A stretch of DNA of 64,000 bases from Candidatus Eiseniibacteriota bacterium (lineage in GTDB: Bacteria; Eisenbacteria; RBG-16-71-46; CAVPCR01), in assembly GCA_963702435.1 (NCBI GenBank), contig CAVPCR010000001.1, forward strand, positions 1,312,001-1,376,000, read 5' to 3'. The position numbers were made by a program, and so were the translations under genes. Below the pieces are notes generated by a model. It was given only the letters and a program-made list of their open reading frames with translations. It did not search any database and was not told the origin of the DNA. Positions 9,417-19,574 of this stretch are shown here, one piece after another. Numbering within the stretch: position 1 is the first letter of the stretch; every line of letters begins with the position of its first letter.

Positions 9417-11015
9417 TCAAACGGCGGCGGCGCGCTCCGCCCGGGCGAACCGCTGCCCCGCTCGGCCCGGAGCGAGCTCGCGCAGCACGGCCGGCACCTG
9501 GGCCAGGATATCCCCGGCCAGGAGGCCGTGCTCCCCGCGCTCGGCGGCGGCGCGATCCCCGGCCCGCGCGTGGACGTACATGCCGAGGGCGGCGGCGGCG
9601 GCCGGCACCAGTCCCTGGCCGCAGAGCCCGAGGAGAACCCCGGTCAGGACATCCCCCGCGCCCGCAGTCGCCATGCCGGGGTTCCCGCGATCGCAGAGCA
9701 CGGTCGGCTCGCCGGGAGCGCCGACCACCGAGGGCGAACCCTTGAGGAGAACGACGTGCCCGCTCGCGCGGGCGACGCGGCCGGGTAGGACGAGGCGTTC
9801 CGCCTCGACCGACTGCGGATCGATGCCCGTGATCCGGGCCATCTCGACCACGTGCGGAGTGAGGATGAGCGGGCCGGCGGCGGCGGCGAGTTCGCCGGGC
9901 CGTCCTTCGAACGCGTTCAGCCCGTCGGCATCGAGCACGATCGGCCGCCGGATCTCCCGCACGAGGTAACGCACGAGCTCGGCGGTCTCGAGCTCGCGCG
10001 AGATGCCGGGGCCGATCGCCAGCGCATCGGCCCGCTCCGCGGCGGCGAGGATCGCATCCACGGCGCGCACCGAGATCGTGCGCCGTCCCGTTTCCGGCAG
10101 CGCGAGCGTCATCACCTCGGTGAGCTTCGCCGCGAGCACATCCGCGAGGCTCGCGGGCACCGCCACCGTGACGAGCCCGCCCCCGGCGCGGAGCGCGCCC
10201 TCGCCGGCCATCGCCACCGCCCCGGTCAGGCCGGCGGAGCCGCCGATCACGAGCAGGCGCCCGAAGCGCCCCTTGTGATCGACGCGCCGGCGGATCGGCA
10301 CGAGGGCGGACGCGTCCGCGCCGTCGATCAGGCGATAGGCCGGCGCGTGCCGAGCCAGCGCCGCCGCGGCGATCCCGATATCCACGACCTCGATCTCGTC
10401 CGTGAACCCGCGTCCCGGATCCACGAAGCAGCCGACCTTGGCGCAGCCGAAGGTCACGGTGAGATCGGCGCGGACACAGGGGTCGGCGACGATGCCGGTA
10501 TCGGCATCGAGCCCCGACGGGATATCGACCGCGATGACCTCGCCGCCCGCCTCGTTCACGATCTCGATCGCCCGGGCGATCGGCCCCGTCACCGCGCCGC
10601 GGAACCCGGTGCCGAGGAGCGCGTCCACGACCACGTCGGCCTCGCCGACCGCGGCACGGAAACGCGCCCAGTCGGCAGCCCGCTCGAGCAGGCGGACGCG
10701 ACTGCCCAGAGCCTCGAACCGGTCGCGATTGACGCGCGCATCGCCGGTCAGCTCGGCCGGCGCCGCGGTCGAGAACGCGAGAACCTCCGCGCCGTGCTCG
10801 CGGAGTCCGCGCGCCACCACGTAGCCGTCGCCGCCGTTGTTGCCGCGGCCGGCGACGATGACGGCGCGCAGCCGGGCCAGGTCGCCCCACCGCGCGCGAA
10901 TGGCGCGGACGACCCCCTGGCCGGCGCGCTCCATGAGCACGAGGCCGGGGACGGCGTGATCCTCGATCGTCGCTCGATCGAGCTCGCGCATCTCGTCGCG
11001 GGTGACGAGTCGCAT
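9417..11015 (-). CDS. nnr: Bifunctional NAD(P)HX epimerase/dehydratase
   Basis: GRGNNGGDG, DALLGTG, AVDIPSG, HKGRFG, GPGI, LDADGL, LTPH, ATAGAGDVL. Confidence 0.96.
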   Translation of the reverse strand: MRLVTRDEMRELDRATIEDHAVPGLVLMERAGQGVVRAIRARWGDLARLRAVIVAGRGNNGGDGYVVARGLREHGAEVLAFSTAAPAELTGDARVNRDRFEALGSRVRLLERAADWARFRAAVGEADVVVDALLGTGFRGAVTGPIARAIEIVNEAGGEVIAVDIPSGLDADTGIVADPCVRADLTVTFGCAKVGCFVDPGRGFTDEIEVVDIGIAAAALARHAPAYRLIDGADASALVPIRRRVDHKGRFGRLLVIGGSAGLTGAVAMAGEGALRAGGGLVTVAVPASLADVLAAKLTEVMTLALPETGRRTISVRAVDAILAAAERADALAIGPGISRELETAELVRYLVREIRRPIVLDADGLNAFEGRPGELAAAAGPLILTPHVVEMARITGIDPQSVEAERLVLPGRVARASGHVVLLKGSPSVVGAPGEPTVLCDRGNPGMATAGAGDVLTGVLLGLCGQGLVPAAAAALGMYVHARAGDRAAAERGEHGLLAGDILAQVPAVLRELAPGRAGQRFARAERAAAV

Positions 11016-11070
11016 GCGGAACGACCTCCTTGTCGGCCGATTGGTCAGGCGATGAGGACCGCCCGGACCC

Positions 11071-11439
11071 TCAGGTGATGATGACCGCGGCCATGGCCAG
11101 GTCGCGCGAGTGCGTGAGGCTCACGAGGATCGGGCGCTCGCCGACGAGCGCCGCGAGGCGCGGCGAGACGCGGAGCCCCGGCTTCTGCACCCCGTCCTCC
11201 CCCGCATCCATCACCACCTCGACCTCCCGCCACGTCGGATCGGCGCCACGCGGGGCGGCCTTGGCGAAGGCCTCCTTGGCTGCGAAGCGCGCCGCGAGCG
11301 ACGGCGCCGGATCGCGGCGCCGAGCGCAGTAGGCGATCTCCGCGGGCGTGAAGATGCGCGCCAGGAAACGATCGCCGTGCCGCCGGACCGCGCTCCGGAC
11401 CCGGGCGATCTCGATCATGTCGATACCGAGGCTCGCCAT
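11071..11439 (-). CDS. acpS: Holo-[acyl-carrier-protein] synthase
   Basis: GIDMIEIAR, RIFTPAE, LAARFAAKEAFAKA, VSLTHS. Confidence 0.96.
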   Translation of the reverse strand: MASLGIDMIEIARVRSAVRRHGDRFLARIFTPAEIAYCARRRDPAPSLAARFAAKEAFAKAAPRGADPTWREVEVVMDAGEDGVQKPGLRVSPRLAALVGERPILVSLTHSRDLAMAAVIIT

Positions 11440-11514
11440 CGCCGGCGAGGATACCAGCGGGCGCAGGTTCGGGCCAGCGGGGTGCCCCGGACGCAGTCCG
11501 CGACCACGCGCGGC

Positions 11515-13683
11515 CTACTTGATCCGCACGAGCCGCCGCGCCGTCGTGTAGCCGGGTACTTCGAGGCGGTAGAAATAGACGCCCGAGCCGGCGATCTCGC
11601 CGCGCTCGTTCCGGCCGTCCCAGCGCACGACCTGCTCGCCGCGATCGAGGAAACCGTCGAGGAGCACGCGCACGGTTCGACCCGCGGCATCCAGGAGGCG
11701 AAGCGTGGCCGGTCCCTCCGCCCAGGTCACGAACCTGATCTCGGTCGCGCCGGCGCCAAGCGCAAAGGGGTTGGGATAGCTCTGTCCGAGGAGCGCCGTA
11801 CTGGCCGGCGGCGGCCCCCATGGCTGCCCCGCGCATTGCGCGGGAAGCACGATGAGTCCCGACCCGTAATCGGTGACGTAGACGAGAGAGCCGGCGATCG
11901 CCACCCCGCAGGCGTTGCCGCGCGTATCGGCGCCGCCGATCATCGCCGGCGCCTCGGGGTTCGCGATGTCGATCACGAGGAGGCCGGCCGTCCAGTCCGC
12001 GACGTAGGCCTGGGTGGAGGACAGGGTGACGCACTCGGCCGTGCCGGGCGTGTCCATGTTGCCGAGCAGGCGCGGGCGGGCGGGGTCGGCGACGTCGACG
12101 AGGAGAAGACCCCGCTCGCCGAGAGCCACGGCCGCAACGGTGTCGCCGCTCCCGCCGAGAGCGACACTTCCGGCGTTCCCGGGTGTGACGACCGAGCCGG
12201 CGAGAACCGGCGCGGCGGGATCCGAGATGTCCACCACCTGGAACCCCGCGGACCAATCCGCGACGTAGGCCCAGGCTCCGTCCACCGCGACATCGTCAGC
12301 GAGTCCCGGCGTGTCCACGCCCCCGGCGAGGGCGGGTGATGCTGGATTCGAGACATCGACCACCTGGAGCCCTGCGTTGTCGCAGGCCAGGTAGGCGAAG
12401 GCCCCCGCCACATGAACCCCCCGCGCCTCGCCGGGAGTGGCCAGCGATCCGATGCGGACCGGCGCGGTGAAATCGGTGAGGTCGATCACCTGGAGCCCGG
12501 CGAGCCCATCGGCCACGAAGGCGGTCGTTCCCGCGACGCAGACGTCGTACGCAAGGCCCGGCGTGTCGAGCCGGCCGACCAGCGCCGGCCGGTGCGGACT
12601 CGAGATGTCGAGCAGCTCAAGTCCGGCATCGCGGCCGGCGATCACCGCATGGGATCCGACCAGAGCGAGATTCGACGCATACCCCGGCGTGTCGGCGTAA
12701 CCGATCGCCGGCACTGTCGCCGGGACGGCAACATCGAGCACCTGCAACCCTTCCTCCCAGTCGGCGACGATGAGATGTGGTCCGGCGATGGCCATGGCCG
12801 CCGCATGCCCCGGCGTGTCCAGGCGCCCGATCACTTCGGGAGAGACGGGATCGTGGACGGAAAACACCGCGACGCCCGCCGCCGAGTCGGCGACGAAGAG
12901 ATGCGATCCGGCGAGCACGACATCCCCGGCGCGATCGGTCGCGGTCACTTGCCGCACGATCCGCGGGGCCGCGGGGTCCGTGATGTCGACGACGTCCAGC
13001 GACAACCAGGTTGCCACATAGAGGAAGGGAGGATCGGCCGCAACAGCCTCCGCGGAGAGGTTCATGGTGCTCACGAGGGCCGGACGCGACGGATCCGTCA
13101 CGTCGATGATTTGCATCTGCGGTCCGTTAGTGACGAACGCGTGCCCCCCCGCCACTGCCACGTAGCGCGTGAAGAGCCCTCCGGCCAGCCCGCCCACAAG
13201 CTTGGGGAACGCAGGGCGCGAGATGTCGTACACCTTGAGGCCGGAGCCGCCGTCGGCGAGATACGCGTGGGAGCCGGCGATTGTCACGCAACTCGCGTAG
13301 TTCGTGGGCACCTGCCGCACGACAACCGGCGCGACGGGGTTCGAGACATCGACGACCTGAAGGCCGGCGCGCCCCGCCGCGATGTAGACAATCGATCCGG
13401 CCACGGCCACAGACAAGGCCTGATCGGGAGTCACCACTCGCGCCACCACCCGCGGCATCGCGGGGTCCGCGAGATCGATCACCGCAAGGCCGCTGTGGAC
13501 ATCGGTGACATAGGCATGGGACCCGCCTGTCGCCACGGCAGCAGCGATCCCCGGAGTCTCGACGCCGCCCACCCATCGCATGGTGTCGGCGTAGTCGACG
13601 CAGTCGGCGGCGCCCGCCTGAGTGCCGGCCGTGGCGACGAGCAGGAGGAGGCACGCCCCCCGCCATGTCATCTTCATGCTCAT
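11515..13683 (-). CDS. Secreted LVIVD-repeat beta-propeller protein with FlgD-Ig-like C-terminal sorting domain
   Basis: Repeated AYVAD...GLQVVDVS.P..P...G.VDTPG; tail YPNPF...DAAGRTVR...WDGRNERG...SGVYFYRL; ATGA overlap with upstream gene. Confidence 0.88.
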   Translation of the reverse strand: MSMKMTWRGACLLLLVATAGTQAGAADCVDYADTMRWVGGVETPGIAAAVATGGSHAYVTDVHSGLAVIDLADPAMPRVVARVVTPDQALSVAVAGSIVYIAAGRAGLQVVDVSNPVAPVVVRQVPTNYASCVTIAGSHAYLADGGSGLKVYDISRPAFPKLVGGLAGGLFTRYVAVAGGHAFVTNGPQMQIIDVTDPSRPALVSTMNLSAEAVAADPPFLYVATWLSLDVVDITDPAAPRIVRQVTATDRAGDVVLAGSHLFVADSAAGVAVFSVHDPVSPEVIGRLDTPGHAAAMAIAGPHLIVADWEEGLQVLDVAVPATVPAIGYADTPGYASNLALVGSHAVIAGRDAGLELLDISSPHRPALVGRLDTPGLAYDVCVAGTTAFVADGLAGLQVIDLTDFTAPVRIGSLATPGEARGVHVAGAFAYLACDNAGLQVVDVSNPASPALAGGVDTPGLADDVAVDGAWAYVADWSAGFQVVDISDPAAPVLAGSVVTPGNAGSVALGGSGDTVAAVALGERGLLLVDVADPARPRLLGNMDTPGTAECVTLSSTQAYVADWTAGLLVIDIANPEAPAMIGGADTRGNACGVAIAGSLVYVTDYGSGLIVLPAQCAGQPWGPPPASTALLGQSYPNPFALGAGATEIRFVTWAEGPATLRLLDAAGRTVRVLLDGFLDRGEQVVRWDGRNERGEIAGSGVYFYRLEVPGYTTARRLVRIK

Positions 13684-15677
13684 CGCAGCACCGCGAGCCG
13701 CGCCCTGACACCCGGCGCCTCCGGCGAGTCGCCGGCGAGCTCGAGGTAGGTGCGCCACGCCGCCCGCGCCTCGTCCGGGCGGCCGAGATAGTCGGCGGCG
13801 ACGAGGCCCAGGTTGAGCCAGACCTGCGCGTAGTCCGGGTCGAGCTCGAGCGCGCGGCGGAACTCGCCGGCCGCGCCCGCGGCATCGCCGGCGCCGACGC
13901 GGGCGATCGCGGCGCGATTGATCGCCGCGGCATAGCGCCGTGCCACCGAGTCCTCCTCCTTCGTATGGCGATGCGCGGGGCGATAGGCGTCGAAGCGCGC
14001 GAACTCGACGTCGGGCAGGCGGGGCGCCGCGGCCGCCTCCGGCGCAGTCGCCCCCGGTGGCACCACCTGGTAGACGAGGCCCCGATCGGCGAGCGGCAGT
14101 CCAGCGTAGCTGGTCTGCTCGGCGGCGAACTCGTGCGCGTAGACGAACACGTCGCGCGCGGCGAGCGCCCGCCGCGCGAGTCCCGCCCCGATCTCGCGCG
14201 CATCGGCGGCCAGCCGCTCGCCGAGTGCGCGCCCGCGGAGCGCGCGGCGCGCCGCCGCGCGCGCCGCCACATCACGCTCGAGTTCAGAATCGTGCGGGGC
14301 GAGGGTCGCCGCATACCAGTCGAGCGGCAGGAGGTACTGCATGACGATGATGCGATCGGCGATCTCCGGATGCGCCGGGCGCAGGTAGAGGAGCGCGAAG
14401 GCGAGGCTCGTGTCGTCGCTCACGATGAGGCTCCCGGGAGTCGTCCGCCGTGCGACCTCGAGCGCGAGATCGCGGAGCGAGCGGTCGGCGTGGCGATCGG
14501 CGGCGCCGCGATGGGCCACGAATGGAGCCAGGGCGAGGAGGAGAAGCGCGGCGCCGGCGGCCGCGCGCCGGAACCGCTGCCGGCCCGCGAGCGCGAGGAG
14601 CCAATCGGCCGCCGCCCCGGCGAGGAGCGCCGCGACGAGATAGACCGGCAGGTAGTAGGCATCCTTGTCCGGAATGCGATAGGCCACCGCGTGCCCGGCG
14701 ACGGCGGCGCCGAGGAGCACGAGCGCGAGGAGCACGCGGCGGTGGAAGTCCGAGCGCCGGAGGAGGACGGCGGCGCCGAGCGCGACCCAGGCCAGCGCGG
14801 CCGGCGACCACTGCGCGGCGAAGAGGCGGACAAAGCGCCCCGCCTCCGCCCGCATGTACGCCGTCTCCGAGGTCAGGAGACGGTAGCTGAACTGCCGGCC
14901 GCTCACGTGCTCGACGAGACGGCTGAACGACTCGGGATCGCCGAGATCGAGAGACGGATCGGCGGTCGAGCGCACGGCGAGGACCGCGTAGAGCGTGAGC
15001 GCGAGCACCGCCGCCGCCGCGAGCGCGCCGCACCACGCGGCCCGCGCCCGCCCGCCGAGCGCCGCGCGCAGGGCGGGCCAGGCGAGGACGAGCGCCGCCG
15101 GCGCGGCGAGCACGATGGTGAGATGGTGGGCGAGCCCGAGCCCGAGGAGAAATGCGGCGAGGAGGAGCGCCCGCGCGTCGCGCGCGGCGGCGAGAGCGGC
15201 AAGGAGGACGAACGCGAGGAGCGCGAGATGGACGGTGTAGACCTCCGCCGTCGTCGCCTGGAGCAGGAACTCGCGCGCACCGGCGAGGAGGAGCGCCGCG
15301 GCCGCGGCGGCGAGGAGGCCGAGCCCGAGCGCACGCGCGAGGAGGACGGTGAGCCCCGCAGTCATGGCGCCCCCGAGCGCAGAGAGCAGGTTCACACCGA
15401 AGGCGGGCTCGGCTCCGGCCGCGCCCGCGGCGGATGCGGCGAGGCGAGCCGCGAGCGTGTAGAGCGGGTATCCCGTGGGATGCGGAATGCCGAAGGTCGT
15501 GCCGGCGAGCGCGAACTCGACCGCATCGACCCAGCCGAGGTCGCGCTGGACGAGAGGCAGGAGGGCCAGGAAGACAGCGGCCGCGACGAGCACGGCGAGG
15601 AGGCGATCGGTGAGGAGGCGGCCGGTCCGGAACCCGGCGGCCCGTTGCCGGTCCGCGCTCGCGCCGCGCACCCGCAT
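13680..15677 (-). CDS. DUF2723/TMEM260-like membrane glycosyltransferase (GT-C) with C-terminal TPR
   Basis: DAVEF, GIPHPTGYPLY, AEVYT, GLGLAHH; many TM helices; TPR RALELDPDYAQVWLNLG. Confidence 0.82.
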   Translation of the reverse strand: MRVRGASADRQRAAGFRTGRLLTDRLLAVLVAAAVFLALLPLVQRDLGWVDAVEFALAGTTFGIPHPTGYPLYTLAARLAASAAGAAGAEPAFGVNLLSALGGAMTAGLTVLLARALGLGLLAAAAAALLLAGAREFLLQATTAEVYTVHLALLAFVLLAALAAARDARALLLAAFLLGLGLAHHLTIVLAAPAALVLAWPALRAALGGRARAAWCGALAAAAVLALTLYAVLAVRSTADPSLDLGDPESFSRLVEHVSGRQFSYRLLTSETAYMRAEAGRFVRLFAAQWSPAALAWVALGAAVLLRRSDFHRRVLLALVLLGAAVAGHAVAYRIPDKDAYYLPVYLVAALLAGAAADWLLALAGRQRFRRAAAGAALLLLALAPFVAHRGAADRHADRSLRDLALEVARRTTPGSLIVSDDTSLAFALLYLRPAHPEIADRIIVMQYLLPLDWYAATLAPHDSELERDVAARAAARRALRGRALGERLAADAREIGAGLARRALAARDVFVYAHEFAAEQTSYAGLPLADRGLVYQVVPPGATAPEAAAAPRLPDVEFARFDAYRPAHRHTKEEDSVARRYAAAINRAAIARVGAGDAAGAAGEFRRALELDPDYAQVWLNLGLVAADYLGRPDEARAAWRTYLELAGDSPEAPGVRARLAVLR

Positions 15678-15681
15678 TGAA

Positions 15682-16245
15682 TCACTCCGGCGGCGGGTAC
15701 GGGATCTCGCCGGCGTAGCCCACATGGAGCGGCGCCCACTCGCTCGCCCACAGCCGTGCGCGCGTGCCCGCGAGCTGGCGGATGTGGAGCGCGTCGTGCG
15801 CGACCCAGGCGGCGAGCAGATCGCATCCCGAGAGGACGAACCCGCCCGGGGTCTCCCCGGTCACGAGGAGGCGCTCGGGCACCGCCTCGAGCGCGGCGAG
15901 CAGGTCGAGGCTACCGAGCCGGAGCTTCTGCAAGACCGCGCGCACTCGCTCCGGGTCGTCTCCGATGTATGTCCGCTCGCTCACCCACTCGACCGGGCGG
16001 ATCGGCGCGAAGCGCCCGCCACCAGCGAGCACGACCCGCATGCGCGCGCCGAAGTCCTCCGTCTCCTCGTCGCGGAGGTGGCAGAGGATTTCGATGGGGG
16101 CCCACTTGTCGGGCGCCGGACGCGCGCGCCAGGCAGCGAGATCGAGATCGCCGGCGAGCGCATCGATCGCCCGCGGCAGTGCGGCGAGCGCGGCGCGCCC
16201 GCGGCGGAGGAGCAGCGCCGCGCCCTGGGGCGTGCGTTCGGTCAT
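15682..16245 (-). CDS. DinB/YfiT-like protein
   Basis: WAPIEILCHLRDEE...AWVAHDALHIRQL metal-binding His triad. Confidence 0.85.
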   Translation of the reverse strand: MTERTPQGAALLLRRGRAALAALPRAIDALAGDLDLAAWRARPAPDKWAPIEILCHLRDEETEDFGARMRVVLAGGGRFAPIRPVEWVSERTYIGDDPERVRAVLQKLRLGSLDLLAALEAVPERLLVTGETPGGFVLSGCDLLAAWVAHDALHIRQLAGTRARLWASEWAPLHVGYAGEIPYPPPE

Positions 16246-16955
16246 GGCCGTCCCAGAGCCTCCCGGGTTCCAGTCTCGGCATTCAGGCGATCGACGATCG
16301 GAACCAGGTCGAGGACGTCGTCGATCTCGAAGTCGGCGCCCGAGGTGACGGTGCCGAAGGTGTCCCCGTAGCGTGCGAAGACGGTGCGGATCCCGACGTT
16401 CCGCGCCCCGACCATGTCGCGCTCGGGCCAGTCGCCCACCATGAGCACCTGATCGGGCGCGAGATCGAGGCCGGCCAGAGCCGCCTCGAAGGGCGCGCGC
16501 GACGGCTTCCGCTCGCGCGTGTCCTCGAAGGCGATGACGAGGTCGAAGACGTGATGCAGATTGAGCGAGCAGAGGCGGAGCCAGACCTGGGCCTGCGGCG
16601 CGTCGCTCACGACGGCGAGCCGGATCCCGCGCCGGAGGAGCTCGACGAGCGTGATCTGCACGTGGGGATAGAGCACCAGCGCCGAATCCCGCACCCGGCG
16701 ATAAGCGACGATGCCGGCGGCGAGGATCTTGTGGTCGATCGCGCCCAGCTCTTCCTGGAGGAAGTGGTCGAAGACCTGCTGGAACTCGATGCCTTCCCGG
16801 TCGTAGATGCCGTAGATCTTCTGCCGCGCCTCTTCAGGGCGCAGCTTGAGCCCGGCGTCGAGCATGCCGCTGATCGCGGCGTCGACGGCGAGCTCCTTCA
16901 TCCGCATGAAGTCGGTGAGGGTGTTGTCGAGATCGAAGAAGATGGCCTTGATCAT
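16242..16955 (-). CDS. HAD-superfamily hydrolase, subfamily IA
   Basis: FDLDNTL, VVSD, RKPS, MVGDWPERDMVGA. Confidence 0.9.
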   Translation of the reverse strand: MIKAIFFDLDNTLTDFMRMKELAVDAAISGMLDAGLKLRPEEARQKIYGIYDREGIEFQQVFDHFLQEELGAIDHKILAAGIVAYRRVRDSALVLYPHVQITLVELLRRGIRLAVVSDAPQAQVWLRLCSLNLHHVFDLVIAFEDTRERKPSRAPFEAALAGLDLAPDQVLMVGDWPERDMVGARNVGIRTVFARYGDTFGTVTSGADFEIDDVLDLVPIVDRLNAETGTREALGRP

Positions 16956-16994
16956 CGGATCCCCTCGCCGGCGCCGCCCGGGGCGGCGGCGGAG

Positions 16995-17189
16995 CTACTT
17001 CGAGGACGTGCCGATCATCCGGCCGAGGCTGATCTCACCGTTGTCGATGCGCAAGTTGAACCCGCATCCGGGGTTGGTGCAGACCCAGGCCTTGTAGGTG
17101 ATGGGCGCCCCTTCGCGGCCGTAGTCGGAGAGCGGGATCAGCACCCCGGTTCCGCACTTCAGGCACTCCGGAAACTTGAACTGCTCCAT
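16995..17189 (-). CDS. Small zinc-ribbon protein (64 aa)
   Basis: CLKC...CTNPGC Cys pairs; strong GGGAGG RBS. Confidence 0.8.
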   Translation of the reverse strand: MEQFKFPECLKCGTGVLIPLSDYGREGAPITYKAWVCTNPGCGFNLRIDNGEISLGRMIGTSSK

Positions 17190-17278
17190 GCGACAACCTC
17201 CCCTCCCGGCATACCATCCGTTTCCGGTCCAGTTCGAGACCGCGCCCCAGCGCAGTCCATCCGTCCTGGTAAACCATG

Positions 17279-17308
17279 AGGCTAGCAGACTCCCGGACGG
17301 AGCGTCAA
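17279..17308 (-). promoter_or_regulatory. Sigma70-type promoter for the Zn-ribbon/HAD/DinB unit
   Basis: Minus strand TTGACG-18 bp-TAGCCT with extended TGn. Confidence 0.5.
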
Positions 17309-17358
17309 CGCGCGCCCGGCGCTCGGCCGCCGCACGCCGAGATCGACCGCCCGCGCCG

Positions 17359-18679
17359 TCAGGTCTTCTGCTCCTTCTTCTCCGCCGCCGGGAACAGGAT
17401 GTTGTTCAGGATCAGCCGATATCCCGGCGAGTTCTTGTGCAATGACAGGTCGGTCGGCGGATCGCCGACCGCGTGCTGGTAGTCCTCGGGATCGTGCCCG
17501 CCGTAATAGGTGAAGGTCCCCTGGCCGTAGTTCCCGTGGAGGTACTTGATCTCGTCGGTGCCCTCGGTCTCGGCCAGGATGGTGACCGCTTCTTGATCGT
17601 CTGCTTGCGGAAACCGGTCGTCTGCCCCAAGAACCCGTTGACCACGGCGACGTGGTCCTGCGTCAGCATGGTCGGCACCGGGTCCTCCTTGGCCGAGAAC
17701 TCGAAGAGCGTGAAGTAGTCGGCCTCCGGCCCGCGCGGCGCCCGGTCGTCGGAGTGTCGATGTTGGAGAACTCGTAGACCAGCGGATTCATCTCGAGCCT
17801 GAAGTTCTGAAAGGCGAGCGGCGCCTCGAAGTCGAGCCGGGCCTGGGCATCGCGCGCCGGCGGATCGCCGTCGAAGATCTGCGCGCAGATGTCGATGTCG
17901 CGCGCAGCGAGCGCGATGTCGAAGGTGTCGGTGGCCGAGCACATCGCGAACATGAAGCCGCCGCGTGCGATGTAGTCCTTGACCGTCTCGGCCACCGCCT
18001 GCTTGTGCTTCGAGACCTTGGCGAATCCGGCGCCGCGGGCCAGGTCCTCGGCCATCCGCTTCTGCTCCTGGTACCACTCCTGGTTGTGGAACCCGGCGTA
18101 GAACTTGCCGTACTGGCCGGTGAAGTCCTCGTGATGGAGGTGCAGCCAGTCGTACTTGTCGAGATCTCCGGCGAGCACCTCCTCGTCGTAGATCACCGCG
18201 TACGGGATCTCGGCGTAGTTGAGCGCGAGCGTCACGGCGTCGTCCCACGGCTCGAAGCCCGGCGGCGCGTAGATCGCGACGCGCGGCGCCTTCTCCAGCA
18301 GCACCACCTCCATGTTGGAGTCCTCGATCTCCGCATGGATCGCCGCGATGTCGCCGGCGCCCGCGGCCTCGAGGCGCACCCCGAGGAGCCGCGCCTGGCG
18401 CTCGACCGGCTCGCCGGCCGGAAGCAGGAACGACCCGCCGCGGTAGTTGAGGAGCCATTCGACGGTCTCACCGCGCTCGAGCACGCAGTAGGCGAGCCCG
18501 TAGGCCTTGAGGTGATCGGTCTGCGCGAGATCCATCGGCACGAGGAGGTCGGCGCGCGCGCGCCCGGCGCCGGCAAGGGCGAGGAGCACGAGGAGCGCGC
18601 GGAGCACGAGGCGCGCGCGGAGGCCGGCGGCCCGGCGCCGCGGAGCAGCCCTGTCTGTGACCGTGACCGGGGACCTCAT
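17359..18679 (-). CDS. Secreted conserved protein with a class-I amidotransferase-like fold (family often mislabelled 'asparagine synthetase B'); frameshifts near 17745 and 17590
   Basis: LLVPMD..QTDHLKAYG, WLLNYRGGSF, PWDDAVTLAL, WLHLHHEDFTGQYGKF, FAMCSATD; C-terminus GHDPEDYQHAVGDPPTDLSLHKNSPGYRLILNNILFPAA spans three frames. Confidence 0.8.
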
Positions 18680-18690
18680 GGCCGTGACGC

Positions 18691-19572
18691 TCACGTGCTC
18701 ATGCGCAGGCGCTCGAGGCGCTCCCGGGCCTCGCCCGCCTCGACCGAATCCGGGAACCGCTCGAGCACCTTCTCGTAGGCGGCCATGGCCGCCTTCTTGT
18801 CGCGATCGCCGATCATATGGCACCTGCCGATCTGGAGGAGCGCCGTGGCGGCGAGCGGCGATTCGGGCATCGAGTCGGCGATCACCGCGAAGTGGCGGAG
18901 CGCCTGGTCCGGCAATCCCATCTCCAGGTTCACCTCGCCGAGCGCGAAGTGGAGATCGTCCTCGAGCGCGGCGCCCGGGTGACGGTCGAGCGCCAGCCGG
19001 AGCACGTTCGCGGCCGAGTCGGGGCGCCCGGCGCGCGCCACGCGCGCCGCCTCCGCGTAGAGCGCAAGCGGCTTGGCCCCCGCGTCGGAGTTCTCGTCGA
19101 TGAGGAGGAACCGCGCGAGCGCGTCGTTGGTGAGGAAACCGCGCCCGTGCAGGGTCGCGAACTGCCGGTACCCGGCCTGCGCCGTGTCGAAGCGCGCGGC
19201 GAAGAAATCGAGCTCGACCAGATCGAACTCCGCGACCTCGCGGCGGACCGGATCGCGGCGCGTCGCCTTGATCACGGCCTCGAGCTCCGCGCGCGCCCTG
19301 GTGAGATCGCCGGCGGCGAGATGGGTCCGGAAGCGGGCGAAGCTCGAGTCGGCGCGGAGGACAGCCACATCGACCGGACCCTCGCGGCGGCGCACCTCGG
19401 GACGCGGCAACGCCTGGAGACGTGACGGGTCGATGCCGGTCCGCGGCACGACGCGCGGCGCCGGCACCGGCGCCGGCGTCTCGTCGTCGGCCGCACGGGC
19501 GGGGACCGCCCCGCACGCCGCGAGGCCGAGACCGATGCCGATCAGGATGTTCAGCAGATGGATGCGAGCCAT
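18691..19572 (-). CDS. Secreted TPR protein (YbgF/BamD-like repeats)
   Basis: Signal peptide; TPR-like repeats ending YEKVLERFPDS. Confidence 0.78.
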   Translation of the reverse strand: MARIHLLNILIGIGLGLAACGAVPARAADDETPAPVPAPRVVPRTGIDPSRLQALPRPEVRRREGPVDVAVLRADSSFARFRTHLAAGDLTRARAELEAVIKATRRDPVRREVAEFDLVELDFFAARFDTAQAGYRQFATLHGRGFLTNDALARFLLIDENSDAGAKPLALYAEAARVARAGRPDSAANVLRLALDRHPGAALEDDLHFALGEVNLEMGLPDQALRHFAVIADSMPESPLAATALLQIGRCHMIGDRDKKAAMAAYEKVLERFPDSVEAGEARERLERLRMST

Positions 19573-19574
19573 GG

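Noticed and set aside
17359..18679. Asparagine synthetase B function
   Set aside because: Has a signal peptide and lacks the N-terminal Ntn Cys and the SGGLDS ATP-pyrophosphatase motif.
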